Source of the DNA: Anthoceros angustus
Taxonomy: Eukaryota > Plantae > Anthocerotophyta
Direction of reading: 5' to 3'
Length of the DNA stretch: 64,000 bases
Assembly (NCBI GenBank): GCA_010909165.1
Contig: MU008159.1
Coordinates: forward strand, 1,736,001-1,800,000
Part shown: one piece after another, positions 24,950-39,429 of the stretch
Position numbering within the stretch: the stretch's first letter is position 1
Layout of the letters: every line of letters begins with the position of its first letter
Notes under the pieces: model-generated
The model's database searches: none
Told to the model about the DNA's origin: nothing
The model's input: the letters and a program-made list of their open reading frames with translations, nothing else
Translations under genes and position numbers: made by a program

Positions 24950-26750
24950 AGTCTATAGCCCACAACTAGCCTGGTGTCTAAGGGTACAAATGTTCAGTCT
25001 GTAAAGATCGTGATCTAGGGTGCCCTTGAATGCCAGCATAGAAGGCTCTGACCTCTTGTAGAAGAGACAAGTATCCTCGCTGGCTTTCATATCATATACT
25101 CGAAGTTGCATCGGTTCTTTGAGGAGACGATTCTTAGCCATTGGCCGGCAGCACAAAGGCTTCATCCAAAGTAATTGATCCATCGTGTAGAGTAAACTTG
25201 CATTACCAGCCAAGGAATCCTGGAGCTGGATTGGTTTCGTTCGTCTCCCAATAGCACTCTTTCAGCTATTCTGTTCGTCTGAAGCAAATAAACTTGTTCT
25301 TTACTTTTGCAGATGTGTGAAGTGGCACCAGAATCCAAGTACCAACCATCCTCATCACATATGGAGCGGGCAAGACAGACTGTAAGTATCTTCACCACTG
25401 GCTTGGCGTCACCTGATGTCTTCTCCTTAATTGCAACAATTGCAGAACCTTTAGGAGTCCGCTTAGTTCCCCTGCCTTTTTCTTCTTACATTCCCTGGCC
25501 CAATGTACAGCTATACCACACCAATTGCAGCTTCCTGGACGCTTAGATGAACTAGCAGAATCTGAATTTTGGCTAGGTTTACCTCCAGCTTTGCCTTTTC
25601 CTTTGAATGGTTTCTGACCTGCCACTAATGCCTTCTCCGTTCTACTCTTAGGAGTACCCGAAGAAAACATTCTGCTCTGTTCTTCCTGATACAAGGCACC
25701 TATCACCTCTTCCAAGGTGATGTTTCCAGTGCCTCCAGCAGCTACAGCAGCATTGGCAGCTCTCAAAGGGCCATTCTAACTTGTGATAAAGGACTGATAT
25801 GATGGAGGGAGTCTTGCAAGAAGTTCAGCTACAACATCGACCTCTTCCATCTTCGTTCCTGATAGAGAAGCCATCTGTGCTCTAAGGTGACGGAATTTAC
25901 TTGTGAATGCTGCCACCTTATCTCCCTCTTTCATTTTCAAAGCATAGAACTCATGCTTTACACCAACAAGGGTTAGAACATTGCTAACTTTGTATGTTTT
26001 CTCTAGCTTTGTCCAGATATCAGAGGCCTTATCAAGGAACTCCACCTCATCCTCCAATCAAGAGGGCTATTGCAATACTGTTCTGTTCGTCCCATTCAGC
26101 AATCTGATCTGCAGATGGTGGTGGAGTTGTGTTTGGATCTGGTTTTGGAGTAGTTCCATCTACCATCTTCGTTCACGATGAAGCCATGTGCTCTAAGGTG
26201 GCCGGAATTTGCTTGTGAATCTTACCTTATCTCCTCTTTCATTTTCAAAGCATAGAACTCATGCTTTACACCAACAAGGGTTAGAACATTGCTAACTTTG
26301 TATGTTTTCTCTAGCTTTGTCCAGATATCAGAGGCCTTATCAAGGAACTCCACCTCATCCTCCAATCAAGAGGGCTATTGCAATACTGTTCTGTTCGTCC
26401 CATTCAGCAATCTGATCTGCAGATGGTGGTGGAGTTGTGTTTGGATCTGGTTTTGGAGTAGTTCCATCTACCATCTTCCGCACACGTCGGGCTAACAAAG
26501 TTGACTTCATTTGGATACGCCATACGGCATATTCTGTGCCGCTGAACCGATCTTTTTCTTTCAGCTCTGACGTGTATGTGGGTTTTGTGACAGTTGTGGC
26601 CATGACTACAGGCGGATTCTGGTTTTGAATCAGGGTAGTCACTAACTGTCCGAGACTAAGTGCTTGAAGTAAGCCACTTAAAGCATCTATAGGCAAGCTA
26701 GACACTGCGGACATATAAGACTAACAAAGTAACTAGAGCTATGGCTCAAG
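24950..26750 (-). mobile_element. Truncated Ty1/Copia: gag, zinc knuckle and protease; pol largely missing
   Basis: DRFSGTEYAVWRIQMKSTL (26355-26714), LKMKEGDKVAAFTSKFRHL (25776-26057), CNWCGIAVHWAREC (25392-25766), GWYLDSGATSHIC (~25330). ~25850-26180 is duplicated at ~26180-26500. Confidence 0.88.
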
Positions 26751-29337
26751 CGACACAGGTCAGTCTAAAAATATGCCCTTTGATCCTACACTCTCTTAAT
26801 TATGTGCATAGATTAGTGTCTGACGTAATGTGTGTAAGAGGAGTGCCCACTCAGGGATGCACGGATAGAATACACATCTGTAGCTATGTGAGTCTGTCTA
26901 TGCTCACTGAGTGGTTCCTCTTCTAATACTCAAACACGTTAGCAAATAAAATAATCAAGGGGTCATTAGAGAACGAAACAGAAAACAGGTTAGTGTTTCA
27001 GTTCTTTACTTGACCTATTTTTACCAAAACTGACGGTTGGTTGGTGTTTCATGTTCAGCAGACGCGAAGGCGCCTCTTCAAAGCTCGCAGGAACATGATC
27101 AGATTGCAGCAGGCGTCGATCCTTGCTTGACGATCGCGAAGGGCATCGGACGTACACTGGCAGCGCGCCAAGTGAGATCGCGCGCTTCTGGTCGGTACTT
27201 CTCACGGTGCAGCGGATTCAGAAAATTGAGCGCCGGCAACCTCCTGGATTTGGAGATCTGGGTGGCGCGTCCTTGATTTGGTGTGCTCTAATCTTGGCTG
27301 TCATCTCAGCTATGCTCCGAAGGTGATTCTTGATTGTAATATCTCGTAGATGAATTGCCCTTAGAAAACGTTGATATTTGTAAACGATCTGGTATTTGGA
27401 AACTCCCTGTTGGATTGTGTCTTTGAGTGATTTTTTGTTTTTTTGCTAAGTTTGGTGTCAAGAAGAGCTAGGTTGTCAGCAGGAAGGAATATTTATAGTA
27501 GAAAGTGTCCTTGGCCTATGAGTTTTGGGGTTGTTTTCTGGGTTAAATAGTAATCGGTCCTTGGACTATGAACTCGATACTCCTTGGCCTTTGGTCTTGG
27601 AATATTTAATAAAAGGCCTATATATGGGGAGGGGTCCCCATATTTGGCGAGAGGAAGTCCATAGGCTGGTCGGGCGTGTAGTTGAGCGGTGTGTGGTGGT
27701 GTGTCGGGGACTATGTTTGAAGGCGGTTGGGCCCAGGCGGCGGTGGCGGAAGGAGAAGTGGTGGAGCCGGCCGTAGAGTTTTGGAAATATAACCCTAAGG
27801 GAACTCGGAAGGCAGGCAGCGGCGGTGGTAGCTCAGGCACGAGGCATGAGCTCGGCACGAGGCATGAGGCGAGGCCACAGTGGCGGCGGGAGCTGGTGGA
27901 AGAAACCACAGGGGGCCAAGTTGGAGATTAGGCGAGTTATCAGCAATTCAATGAGCGTAGGCGTGAGGTTTTGCGAGCATGGCGCCCAAGGCGTGAAATT
28001 TGGCGCCCAATGGCCAAATATGGACCATTGGAGGTCAGGTGGAGGATTGGTGAGGAGGCTGGGACTTGGGATCATGGAAAAGCGGTGGAGAGTTTATGGG
28101 AGGATTTTCCGGATCGAGGAAGGAGGACCCATAAATTCAGGACGAAGGGCAGGCGACCAAATCGGAGGCGGAGATAACATGGGCGGGGAGTAGTGGCATC
28201 CTAGGAATAGAACTTTGGATAGGATGCCATCTTGGACCTAAGGCCGTCCAAAGTGGCGCCTCTTGGCGTTGACCGTTTTAGGACTGGAAAGTCGGTGGCT
28301 ATGGCGCTGACAATTGTATAAAGGGGCTTGGTTGTGCCCCTCACATCGAGATAACTCTGGTTGAGATCCCCCTGCACAGTGGCTGGTTGGAGCGTCCAGG
28401 TTGGTGGTGTGCGAGGCGCTCCTAGGGGTGGTCGAGGCTTGCTCCATAACCAGGGGAGGAGGGTGATAGAGCAATCTTGACAAAGGAGGAAACCAAGGGA
28501 TTGGCGGGGCGGGTCTGGAGCTTCTTGCTTTCTTTGTGGCCGGTTCTTCTTTCCTTCACCCTTGTTCACTGTTGGTTGTGTTCGAAATTGAGAGAAGTGT
28601 TGTGTGGTGGGTGGGCACGAAGGAGGAGAGAGAGAGAGGTGAAGGTGGTGATGAACCTTGTCAGCGATCGAGGTGTAAGAGGAGTTGAGAAGGAGAACTA
28701 ATTGAGAGACTAACGGTGGAGATTTGTGTGGATCCAAAAATCAAACCGGTCTTGTTGGTGGAAGTGTGCACAAGAGAAGCGCATTCCTTGTGGAATTGTG
28801 TGAGTGTGGCGCCCTTTGTGTGTGTGTGAGCGGTTGAGGATGGAACTTTGGTCCCTAGGAATCGGTGTGTGTGTGCATGAAGTGTGGAGTGCAAAATAAA
28901 GTCGATCTGTGACGTGGTAGCCCGTGGCGAGATCCATGGCGCCGTCTTGAGAAATAAGTCGCTAGGGTTTGGCGTGGGACCCACCTCGGTCGTGCAACTA
29001 CCGTAGTGGTGAGAGCCACCGGTAGTAGCTCGGGAGCGGTTGTGGAATAAGATTGGTGGGGAATAAGATGCGGTAGTTGGACAAGTCGGGAGGTAGTAGT
29101 AGTTGAGTAGATAGGTAAGAGGGTGATAGGTAAGTCGACTTAGGCGAAGGTCGAGGCGATAGAAGTTAGCGTCTCTTGGCACAAACCATTCCCTTGGGTG
29201 AATCCTAAGCCTACAAGCGACATCGAGGGTGAATGTGGACCTCACGGTGTCCCTAGACACAAATCCACACTCCACAATATTGCTCTTCAAATAGAAGCCT
29301 AAGATGTCTCTGTGTTTCGAGAAGCTGATCAACTTGT

Positions 29338-32300
29338 AACATGATAATTTTGGTGAATAATCTGAAGGGTTTTCAAATAATCTCAAGGGGTTTGATGGGC
29401 CTAAACAGCGTTTGAAGGCATTGCGAAAAACAGCTCCGAAAAAGGTGTCACCATAAAGTTACTACTTTCCATCCGGCAATGTTTGGTCGAATGGTGGTCG
29501 AACTCGAACTTAGGAATAATGCAAAGTAGGAGCGTGAGGAAGGCGTTCTGCCGGAAGGATATGACTCTTTGGGAGGAAAATGTGGTTTTCTAATGACACC
29601 ACAAAAGCACGGACGTATTTCCCTGCCAGTAACATCGAATCGGACTTACAATGTTGCTTTCTGCGACCGAAAAACAGATTTGTTTACTCATTGAGTTCAA
29701 TCACCGTCATCACTTGGTCCGACTTCTTGTCATCACTATCTTCAAGTGAGTACCTCTACACTCAACCGACCCGATCTTTCGATTTAAGCATTGCTTCTAA
29801 GGTTAGCCTTCATTCCAAGTTGTTTCTAAGGTTAGCCTCTGAATTTTCGATGGAAGTGCCCTAGAGGTGCGTGGAAGGGAGCCTGAGCGCGGAGGCCGCC
29901 GGTCGGGGCGCCCTCGTTCGCGCTCCACCCATGGTGCCGCTAGTGGTGGGGAGGGAGGCCGGCCGACGCGCCCTCCTATGCACCACCCGTCGGGGTTTAC
30001 GGGTGGTGTCGGCGGATGGCCGTCCGTCCTCGTGATGCACCGTTGCCACCCTCACAGTGGTTCGCTTGTAGGGGCGATGAGCCGCGCAGCGGTGGTAGCG
30101 TGGAGGAGGCGCCGACGGCGGCGCCCTCCCGCTCTCACTCATGGGGCGGGCGGTGCCCTCCCCTAACACACCACCATGTGGCGGCGGTCGACGCCCCAAC
30201 GGCCACGCCCATGGGTGGCCGGCGATGCCCTCTAGCACCACCCATAGGCGGGGCCCTCCTCATAGGCTGTCTTTAAGAAAATTAATATTTAGCGACTCAA
30301 GAGACTTGTACCTTGGGACTGTTGGTTAAGTGTTTGGGAAAAAGGTGTAGTAATGAGTAGATTCCGTGTTCAAACCTCATATCTTGTCAATAATTCAACT
30401 TTGTTGATTTTAAGGATGCTTGCATGGGCGCATGGGCAACTAACTTTGTTCATTTTAAGGACGCTGGCATTGCCTTAAAGCCCAAGTGGTTGCATTGAGT
30501 GCCGGGAAGGTTGAAGACCACGGGCGACTGGATGAGGTCCATGGACCCTAGATGCTATGTCGACACCATCGGACCGGGCCCGTGATACTATTGAAGGCAG
30601 GCAAGCAATGGAGCGACAACCCGTAGAGACGATGGACCGCCTCGGAATATAAGCGGTTGTAAGGTATTAAAGCCCAATGTACTTAGACTAATACACTTAG
30701 TCTAAGTTAGGTGTCGATTAAGTATCATTAGTTTAGCTGAAGCTAATCACTAGGAAGCTTCTTGTGCTCCTTCCTAGGGGCTTCTTGTGGAGCTTCCTAG
30801 GGAGCCCTATTGGAGGTATAAATACCCTCCAAGCCTCATCTCAATGTGAGAGCTCTTGCCTCCTCCTCTCCTCTCCTCTTTCCACCATCATAGCCACCAC
30901 GATCCTTCAAGCGGTATCGAGCGGTTTGGTTGTGTTGTGATGCTAGAATTTTCTAAAGCGGTGCGTGGAATTCGGGTGATCGAGATGGGTGCGAGCGCCC
31001 GCGAGCCGTGGCGGGCGGGCCGCGAGCAGCCCCAGGCGAGCGTGCGGCCAGCGGGCCTGGCGCCCGGCAGCGAGGCCTTGGAGGCGGCGCACGCGAGCGT
31101 GGCGCCAGCAGGCGCCGGCGCCGCGGCGCGGCCCAGGCGCGTGGGGCCCGCGCGGGGCCAGCGCGGCCGCAGGCAGCGCCGCCGCGTAGCCGGTGGCGGC
31201 GGGCGCAGGAAGTGAGGTGAATGCGGCGTGGAGCAGCCGAGCGAGGCAGGCGGTGAGCGAAAAATCGTCGAATATTCGGCGGAATACTCAGTGGAATAGT
31301 CAGCGGCAAAATACATAGCGGTGGCTCTTCTTTGACTTTTTAACAAGGCGAGTCAGTGTTTTATCGTATCGATTTTTGAGTCATGATGTCTTCATCATCG
31401 AGAGCGTCATGTTCAATATCGAGAAGTTAGATGGTACTAACTTCCGTTACGGAAAGAACAAGTGTATAATGTTCTAGTGCGGAAAAGCGGATCAAGCCCA
31501 TAAAGTTGTTAGGCGTCAAACCGGATAGTATGACACGGGATGAGTGGCGGGACTGGATGAGCTTGCTAGATCTACTATCATGCTAACATTGTCAAAAGCG
31601 TGTACTTCAATGTGAAAGATAAGACCACGAGTTACTTGTGGCGGAAGTGTGACTGTGAGAAGCAAAGTGCGGCTTCTCGGTGTATTGGTTGAAACGGTGG
31701 TGGACTTGAAGATGAAGGAAGGACGAGGATGTCCGATCATCGAATGATTTCAATACCATTTTCAGCGACTCTCATCTCAAGGTATCACATTCCCAGTTAG
31801 TGAGGCTATGTTTCATGGTCACATTACGGAGTTGGGACACCTTTACTACGAGGTAGTGCACTTGCTAGTGGTCTTACCATTGTAAATGTAGAAGGTAGCA
31901 CATGGCGAGGAGGTGAGCAGGAAAACATGGAACCTTCCAAAGGTTCCGGTGCCCTCATAGTGAGAGGGAGGTCCCTGCGAAGGGAAGCAACCGGACGAAG
32001 CTTTCTCGTAGCAAATCTCGTAGTCGTAACAAGAATGTGGAGTGTCACTATTGTCACAAAGGGGTCACTTCAAAAGAGTGCGAGAAGGACCAAGGAAAGG
32101 CGACAGAAGCGACTTAAATGCATCGAGTTGGAAGAGTTAAACTACTGTTGAGGGCGGAGATGTCCTTATCTCTTCTTACTTGAATCTTGCACAATTATGT
32201 GGATAGTCATTTATTACGCAATTGGATAATTGACCGGTGCATCTTTCCATGTTACTCCTCATAGAGAGTGGTTTAGCGTATGATGCTACAAGGAAAGGAT

Positions 32301-35300
32301 CGTTAGGCTTGGAAATAACTACGCATGCGGATCGCGTGGGTGATGTGCAACTCAAGTTTGACAACGGATCTTCATTCATCTTTGAAGGGCGTTAGGCATG
32401 TTCGAAGTTGACAAAGAGCATGATTAGCGCGGGCGGTTGGATGATCTTTGGTTACCACTCTGGTTTGGGGATCACTCTTGGAAGATCTCCAAAGGTTCTC
32501 TTGTGTTAGCTCGTGGATCGAAGTGTGGCACTTTGTACTCACTTGGTAAACTCAAAGATCATGTGATCTGTGTGAGCGGCCAAATGTTTCCTTGTGGCAT
32601 TGCGGTTAGGACATATGTCTCGAGAAGGGAATGAAGGTTTTATCTCGATTACGGTTATATCCTGTTCTTAACTTCTCGATCTCTCGATGTGTGAGCCTTT
32701 ATATGGGAAGCAGACAAAATCATCACATCGAACAAGAGGTAAAGTAGAGTAAACCTCTTGAGTTGGTTCCGATGATGTATGTGGACCTATGCCTCTGCAT
32801 CATTAGGCGGTGCCTCCTATTTTGTCACTTTCATAGATGATTTCTCACGCAAGGTGTGGGTTTATCCTTTGAGGAAAAAGGATGAAGTTACGGTGTTTGA
32901 AATTTGTCACCCTTGTAGAGAATCGATCGCCCGATTGAAGTGTCTGGGCGGATAATGGTGGAAGTATGTTTGAAAGCTTTCGGTCATTACAGATTCCAAG
33001 GGAATCAAAAGAGAATTGCATATACTCCTCCACAAAATGGTGTGGTGGCGGATGAGCAGAACCATTCGAGGAGAGGATCGTGGTTTGTTGTCAAACTACG
33101 GATTGCCTAATGGGTTTTGGGCGGCGATCTCTGCAGTTCATCTTATTAACAGATCTCCTAATAAAATTGATGAGCGAGTTCGAGGAGCTATAGTGCGGAA
33201 GAAACCATCCTACAAGCATCTGCGAGTGTTTGGTATGAGGCATCTTGCCATGTTCCAAAAGAGTTTCGGGACAAGTTGGCACCTAAGTCCAAGAAATGTA
33301 TTTTTCTTGGCTATGGTGATTCTGGTGAGATGGGATACCGTTTGTGGGATCCGAGGCTAGAAAGGTTGTTCGTACTAACGTGTTCTTCAATGAGAACAAG
33401 ATGCAGGAAGCCTACTCCAAGCTGGAGGTGCGAAGGGTGATCTTCCAAGAAGATGGACATGATCATCATGGCGGTTGATACCAGTAATGTGCGGGAGCAC
33501 ATTCCTCCATAGATGAACCAAGAGTCGAACAAGCACCTATAGAGGTGCACATGCTTTAGGTCGAGGCGGATTACGACCTCTGGTATGATCCATCTCTGGA
33601 TTATGTTACAGATTGTGGGGAACCCTCTTCTTACAAAGAGGCCATGTCAATGAGTAACAAAGAGAAGTGGGAGAAGGCCATGCGATCGAAATGAATTATG
33701 CATAAGAACCAAACTTGGGAGTTGGTTCGGTTGCCTAGGATAAGAAGGCACTCTGGTGCAAATGGGTGTACAAGATGAAGGTCATGTCATGATGGCAAAC
33801 CAAAGTACAAGGCACGATTGGTTGCTAAGGGTTTCAAGCAACAACCGGCATTGACTTTGATGAGATTTTCTCACCGGTAGTCAAAATGACAACTTTGCGA
33901 TGTGTTCTTGCTTTGGTTGCGGAATGATATGGAACTTATGCGGATGGATGTCAAGAGCGGCATTCTTGCATGGTGACCTTCAAGAGGAAGTCTACATGCA
34001 ACGGAAGGTTTTGTTGAGAAGGGCAAAAAGCATCGGTGTGCGGGTTGAGGAAGAGCCTTTATGGTTTGAAACAGGCACCCGGTGGTATCACAAGTTCCAC
34101 TCATTTATGCTTTCTCAAGGCTACAAAAGCGTGGCGATGAGGATCATTGCCTCTATCTGAAGCAAGCTAAGGATCAAAGCTTGCTCATTTTGATCCTCTA
34201 TGTGGATGATATGCTAATTCTTTGGGAGCAGTCTTGATGATTTGTTGAAGTCAAAGTTGAATGCTCACTTTGAAATGAGACTTGGGAGGCGAGCCATATA
34301 CTTGGCATGCGTATTCGTCGGAGCAGACATAAGCGTCTTTATTTGTCTCGACGGAATACATTAAGTGCTTCAACGTTTCAACATGGAAGGGAAGCCATTG
34401 GGTACTCCATTGCCTCCATATGTGAAACTTTCAAGCGCGGATTGCCCAAGCTCGAGGAGGACAAAATGAAATGGAGAAGGTCCCATACTCATCAGTGTAG
34501 GGAGTTTGATGTATGCAATGATTGCTACGTCGACATTGCCTTTGCGGTGGGAGTGGTTAGCGAGTTTATGTCAAACCACGGCAAGAAGCATTGGGAGGCG
34601 ATAAAAAGGTTATGAGGTATCTGAATGGTACAAAAGCTTTGTGCATATGTTTTGGTAGTGAAGATGCATGTGTGGTTGGGTACACGGATCTGATTATCAC
34701 GAGGATATGGACAAAAGGAGGTCCACATCAGTTATGTCTTCATGTGCCTTTGGAGGCGATCTCATGGCGATCTCGTTTGCGATCGTGCATTCGCTATCTA
34801 CCACAGAGGCCGGTATGTTGCGAATCGAGGCTTGCAAGGAAGCCATATGGCTTGCTCGTTTAGTGGGAGACTTGGGGATCAAGGTTGAGCGCGGTGTTGC
34901 ATTGTGATAGCAGTGCTATCAATTGGCAAAGAATCCGATGTTTCATGCGAAGACTAAACATGTGGATGTGAGTATCACTTCATTCGAGAGGTGTTGGATG
35001 ACAAGAGGGTACAACTTGTCAAGGTTCACACCAGAACCTGAGATATTCTTACCAAGGGACTCTCTACAGCAATTTGCACAAGCTCGGACATGGGCATGAG
35101 ATAGTCCATTCTCCTCTGAAGGTAAATTGGCCTTTAAGTGGGAGGTTGTAAGGGTATTAAAGCCCAATGTACTTAGACTAATACACTTAGTCTAAGTTAG
35201 GTGTCGATTAAGTATCATTAGTTTATTAAGCTAATCACTAGGAAGCTTCTTGTGCTCCTTCTAGAGCTTCTTGTGGAGCTTCCTAGGGAGCCCTATTGGA

Positions 35301-35840
35301 GGTATAAATACCCTCCAAGCCTCATCTCAATGAGAGAGCTGCCTCCTCCTCTCCTCTCCTCTTTCCCCATCATATGCGCCACACGATCCTTCTGGTGATA
35401 CTTGACTCGGTTTGCCGAGGCATGGATGAGTCGCCGGGCCGCACTCTTCAATGACTATTATCGATCTTGATGACCACTTCCTCCTTTGATTGTTTGTTGC
35501 AATGTTCTCCGACCTTTGAAATGAGACTCCCGCTAGTACAGGATTGTTTTCATTGTGTTCCACCACTTGAAAGTAAAAGTTTTCGGTTGTAATAAACATA
35601 TGAAAATGGCAGCCCTCTATGCATTCTACTAAAACGCAAACGGGCCCACACCCTACATGCTCCAATTCCTGTGTAGACTTGAAAGTGCATCTTTTATCAA
35701 AGGTATGACCTCGTAAAGGGTAAAGCATTATCAAAGTAGGCAGGATATCTCGTTCTAGGAAAGGTGTTCTTCGTGACAAAGGGGTGTTGTCTCGACCGAA
35801 GGGGGTTACTATATTCCCCCCCTTAAAAAATTATCATGTT
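29338..35840. mobile_element. TIR DNA transposon copy 1 (AACATGATAATTTT...AAAATTATCATGTT) with 4-bp TSD TTGT; hosts a nested Copia
   Basis: TTGT at 29334-29337 and 35841-35844 flanks 14-bp inverted termini. The internal sequence is homologous to 50519-54462. Confidence 0.85.
30658..35392 (+). mobile_element. Full-length but frameshifted Ty1/Copia (Tnt1/Tork-like); LTRs 30658-30909 and 35147-~35392
   Basis: Near-identical LTRs starting TGTAAG. Degenerate Met PBS at 30910 (agcggtatcgagc) and PPT aagtgggaggt. Gag FNIEKLDGTNF (~31410), integrase ~32750-33360, RT YVDDML (~34200), RNaseH ~34660-35090. The empty site GCGGTGGTACTTGACT is seen in TIR copy 2 (~52955 and ~54035). Confidence 0.92.
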
Positions 35841-36277
35841 TTGTGCTTGGATTTGAGTAGGTGAGGAAGTAGAGGGGTCAGATCTGGGTATGTAGACTAG
35901 ATCAAGGTTCTGTCCTCTCCTTCCACAACGTTCTCTGTACAGCCCATCCACCTCCTGATTTTTTCTTGATCCAGGACGTGTGAACTTTCCAAGTGCAAAT
36001 GACATGCGTAGGCATGTTTGTGAATATGCTTTACATTGTTGATAGAGGACAAAAGAAAGTTAGAAGTACAGAAAGTAGGGGTCCCTTTTATAGGGGCCCA
36101 AGCACCCTTTCGGTAGGGGTGCGACCATTCGTAGTAGGCCTAGGGTTAGCCTAACTCAAGTAAATACTAACTAAGGTTATGGGTCGCTTATTCTAGAGGT
36201 TTATTCTTAACACTCCCTCTTAAGTGAGACATAACCTAAACTATGGCTCCCTTTGTCGGGAGAGTCTCTTCTTGCGG

Positions 36278-39055
36278 TCAGGCGGTAGGGAGGTGAGGGG
36301 CATAGTCAACTAGCCCCATTCTCTGCATGTGCTGATGATGTCGCAGCTTGGGCAGACCCTTCGTCAAGATGTCAGCCAAGTTGTCTTCGGTAGGCACATA
36401 GCTAGCTTGTACCACCTTACGTTCGACCACGTCGCGGATATAATGGTGTTGGATCTCAATATGTTTCGTCCTGGCATGAAACTTAGGGTTAGAGATCAAG
36501 GCCAGAGCCGACATGTTGTCGCAATAGAGGGATGTGGGTTGGTCTTGTCTCTGGCCAGTGTCGGCTAGGAAAGCCCTCTCCCACTCAGCTTCCTTGGAAG
36601 CATCTGTGAGGGACTTGTACTCAGCCTCCGTGGATGAGAGCGCTGTGGAGGTTTGCTTTTTACAGCTCCAGTTCACAGCGGCTGAAGATAAGAGGAAGCA
36701 GTGTGCGCTTAAGCTCTTCCTTGAATCTGGATCAGACGCCCAGTCAGCGTCTGTGTAGCCGCTGAGTAATAGCTTGCCTGCTCCTCCACTTTGGTACGCT
36801 AGGCCATATGTTAAGGTGCCCTTTAAGTAACGGAACACTCTCTTGACGGCGGCCCAATGTGCCTTGCCGGGTGTCTCCAGGAATTGAGAGACTGTGGAGA
36901 CAGAATAATGGATATCAGGCCTTGTCCAGCCGCTGACGAAAAGAAGGCTGCCTACGGCATGGCGGTAGGGGATTCCTTGCATTTCCTTTATCTCCTCTTC
37001 GGTCTGTGGGCACTGCTCTGAAGTGAGTTTGGTGCCCACTGCATAGGGTGTGGACACGGGCCTGGCTTGGTCTAATTTAAACTTGCGCAGTATCTCGTTG
37101 ATATACTTGAACTGGTGGATGACCAGTCTTCCCTCTGCTCTATTTCTTAGGATCTGTATCCCAAGACAGAAACGGAGCTCCCCTATGTCCTTCATTTCAA
37201 AGCGGGAGCTCAAAAGCTGTTTAACTTCCGCTAGCATGTTGAGGTTGTTTGCGAAGAGAATAAGATCGTCCACATATAAAGCAAGGATAACAAAGTGGGG
37301 GCCTCGGGTCAACTTGTACACGTTGCCGTCGGCTGTGCTCTAGGCGAAGGAAACACTCAGCAGGTAGGCGTGCATAGTAGTATACCACACTCGCTCGCTT
37401 TGTTTGAGTCCATAGATACACTTCCTCAGCCTAAGTACTTTGTTGGGATGTTCCTTGCTGATGTAGCCGTCCGGCTGATCCATATAGAACTCCTCGTCCA
37501 AATCGCCGTATAGATAGGCGGTTTTGACGTCCATTTGGTGAAGCTCTAGGTCAAGTTCAGCCTCAAGGGCAAGTAGGATCCGTATGGATTGAGCTCGTAC
37601 CACTGGGGAGAAGGTCTCTTGATAGTCAAGGCCTTCGACTTGGGAGAAACCACGAGCCACCAAGCGGGCCTTAAAGCGATCCACCTGTCCTTGGGCATTC
37701 AGCTTCAGTTTGAATGTCCACTTGCAGGAGATAGGCTTCCTTGCAGGGGACGGGTCGACAAGTTCCCAAGTTTTATTCTGAATTAAACTCTGGTACTCGT
37801 CCTCCACTGCGAGCCGCCACTGGGAGGACTCAGGTCCTGCAAAGGCTTGGGCAAGAGTGGTCGGTTCCTCTGGAAGGGCCGAAGAAGATAAGGCCGCAGA
37901 AAATGAGCTGAAAGCTGTTCGAAAGTCGATAGACCGGTAAGGTGGCTCAGTCCACTGAGAAGGCGGGGGTCGATGTCGAACACTGCGGCGGAGGCCAATA
38001 TTTGGTGCCGGGGCAGCCGGCATGGGCTCAACTTCAGCCAGCACAGGCTCCACGGGAGGCAGCTCCTCGAGGGTAGCCTGTGGCAAGTCTTGGCGGGAAC
38101 CACCAGCAGTGTTGTCAGGGAGAGGGTGATTATCGAGATGAGTACCACTGTAGTCTTCGTAAAGTATGCTGGGGGCGACAGGCTCGGTGTCCTTAGTGAC
38201 AATGCCGTCGTCCACTTGCTCCAAGTGGTCCAGGTCACCATCCTCCATAGGGAATGCGCACAGAGTGTCCATATGGTGAGAGTCGGGACTCTCGGCCGAT
38301 GCATTTCCCTCGGAAGCTGGCTTGGCTGGCTCCAAGAAGGTGACGGTGCGTGCCAAGGTTATGTTGTGCGTCTCTGGATCAAAGAGTTTGTAAGCCTTGG
38401 AAGTCTCGCTGTACCCCACAAAGATTAGCTTCTTTGCCCTGTCTTCTAGCTTGCGCCGCTTCTTTGCAGGGATGTGTGCAAAGGCGGGCGAGCCAAATAA
38501 TCGTAAGTGCTGGACGCTTGGTTTCCGCTGCCAATAGACCTCATATGGGGTACGTCCAGGAACTGAACTTGTAATGACCCGATTCAAGATATAGGTCGCA
38601 GCCACTATAGCCTCTGCCCAGAAACCTTGCGAAAGTCCAGACCATAACAACATACAACGAGTCATGGAAGGCGTTTGATTCTTTGGCTCCAACCCGCTCG
38701 CTGTAGGGGTGGGCGGGATGAGTCACCGGATTCTCGGCTCAAGGAGGAAAGCATCAAACTCATTGTTGACAAACTCTGTCCCGTTGTCGCTTCGCAAGAT
38801 CTTTAGCTTCCGTCCCATCTGGTGTTTAGCCACTGGCAGCCACTCCTTGAAGCATGTGAAAGTCTCACTCTTTAGATGCATGGGAAAAGTCCACGAGTAT
38901 CTGCTGAAATCATCTGTGATAGTCAGGTAATAGATGGCTCCGCCAAGTGAAGGTGTGTGGATCTTCCCTGATATGTCGGCATGGGCCAATGCCAGCACGG
39001 CCTCGGCCCTGTGTGCATTCTTCGGGAAAGGCAACTCCTTCTGTTTGGCAATCAC
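36278..39055 (-). CDS. Copia pol: integrase, RT and RNase H (ORFs 38723-39055, 37340-38692, 36278-37321)
   Basis: LAHADISG, ILRSDNGTEF, WAEAIVAATYILNR, RFKARLVARGFSQ, HQMDVKTAYLYG, LALYVDDLIL, GYTDADWASD, RTKHIEIQHHYIRD. Confidence 0.93.
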
Positions 39056-39429
39056 GCATGATTCGCAGACGGGAAGGTGTTGAAAGCATCTTGGGAGGGG
39101 CTCTTGGTAGAGGGCTGTGACAGAGATCGGCTTGTGGCATTTCGCTGGCTAGTCCGCATGCCAAAGGGTCGCCAGGTATTCGGAGTGGCCCCATCATTGT
39201 AAGCGGATGGTCCTTGTTGCATCCAGTGCTTTAACCAATCGTCTTGAGGATAGCCCTCGATCGTGCAGTCCCGGGGACTAGAGGGCTGTAAGCGAATCAC
39301 GTGAAATAGTTACTTCAAGGTACTATAAGTCGTAGTAGCTGAGGGGCAGATTCTTCCCCATTTGAGGCACATAGAGCACAGGCTCTAGGGTTAGTGTGGA
39401 TCCATCAGACATGGGCAACTCGCAGATCC

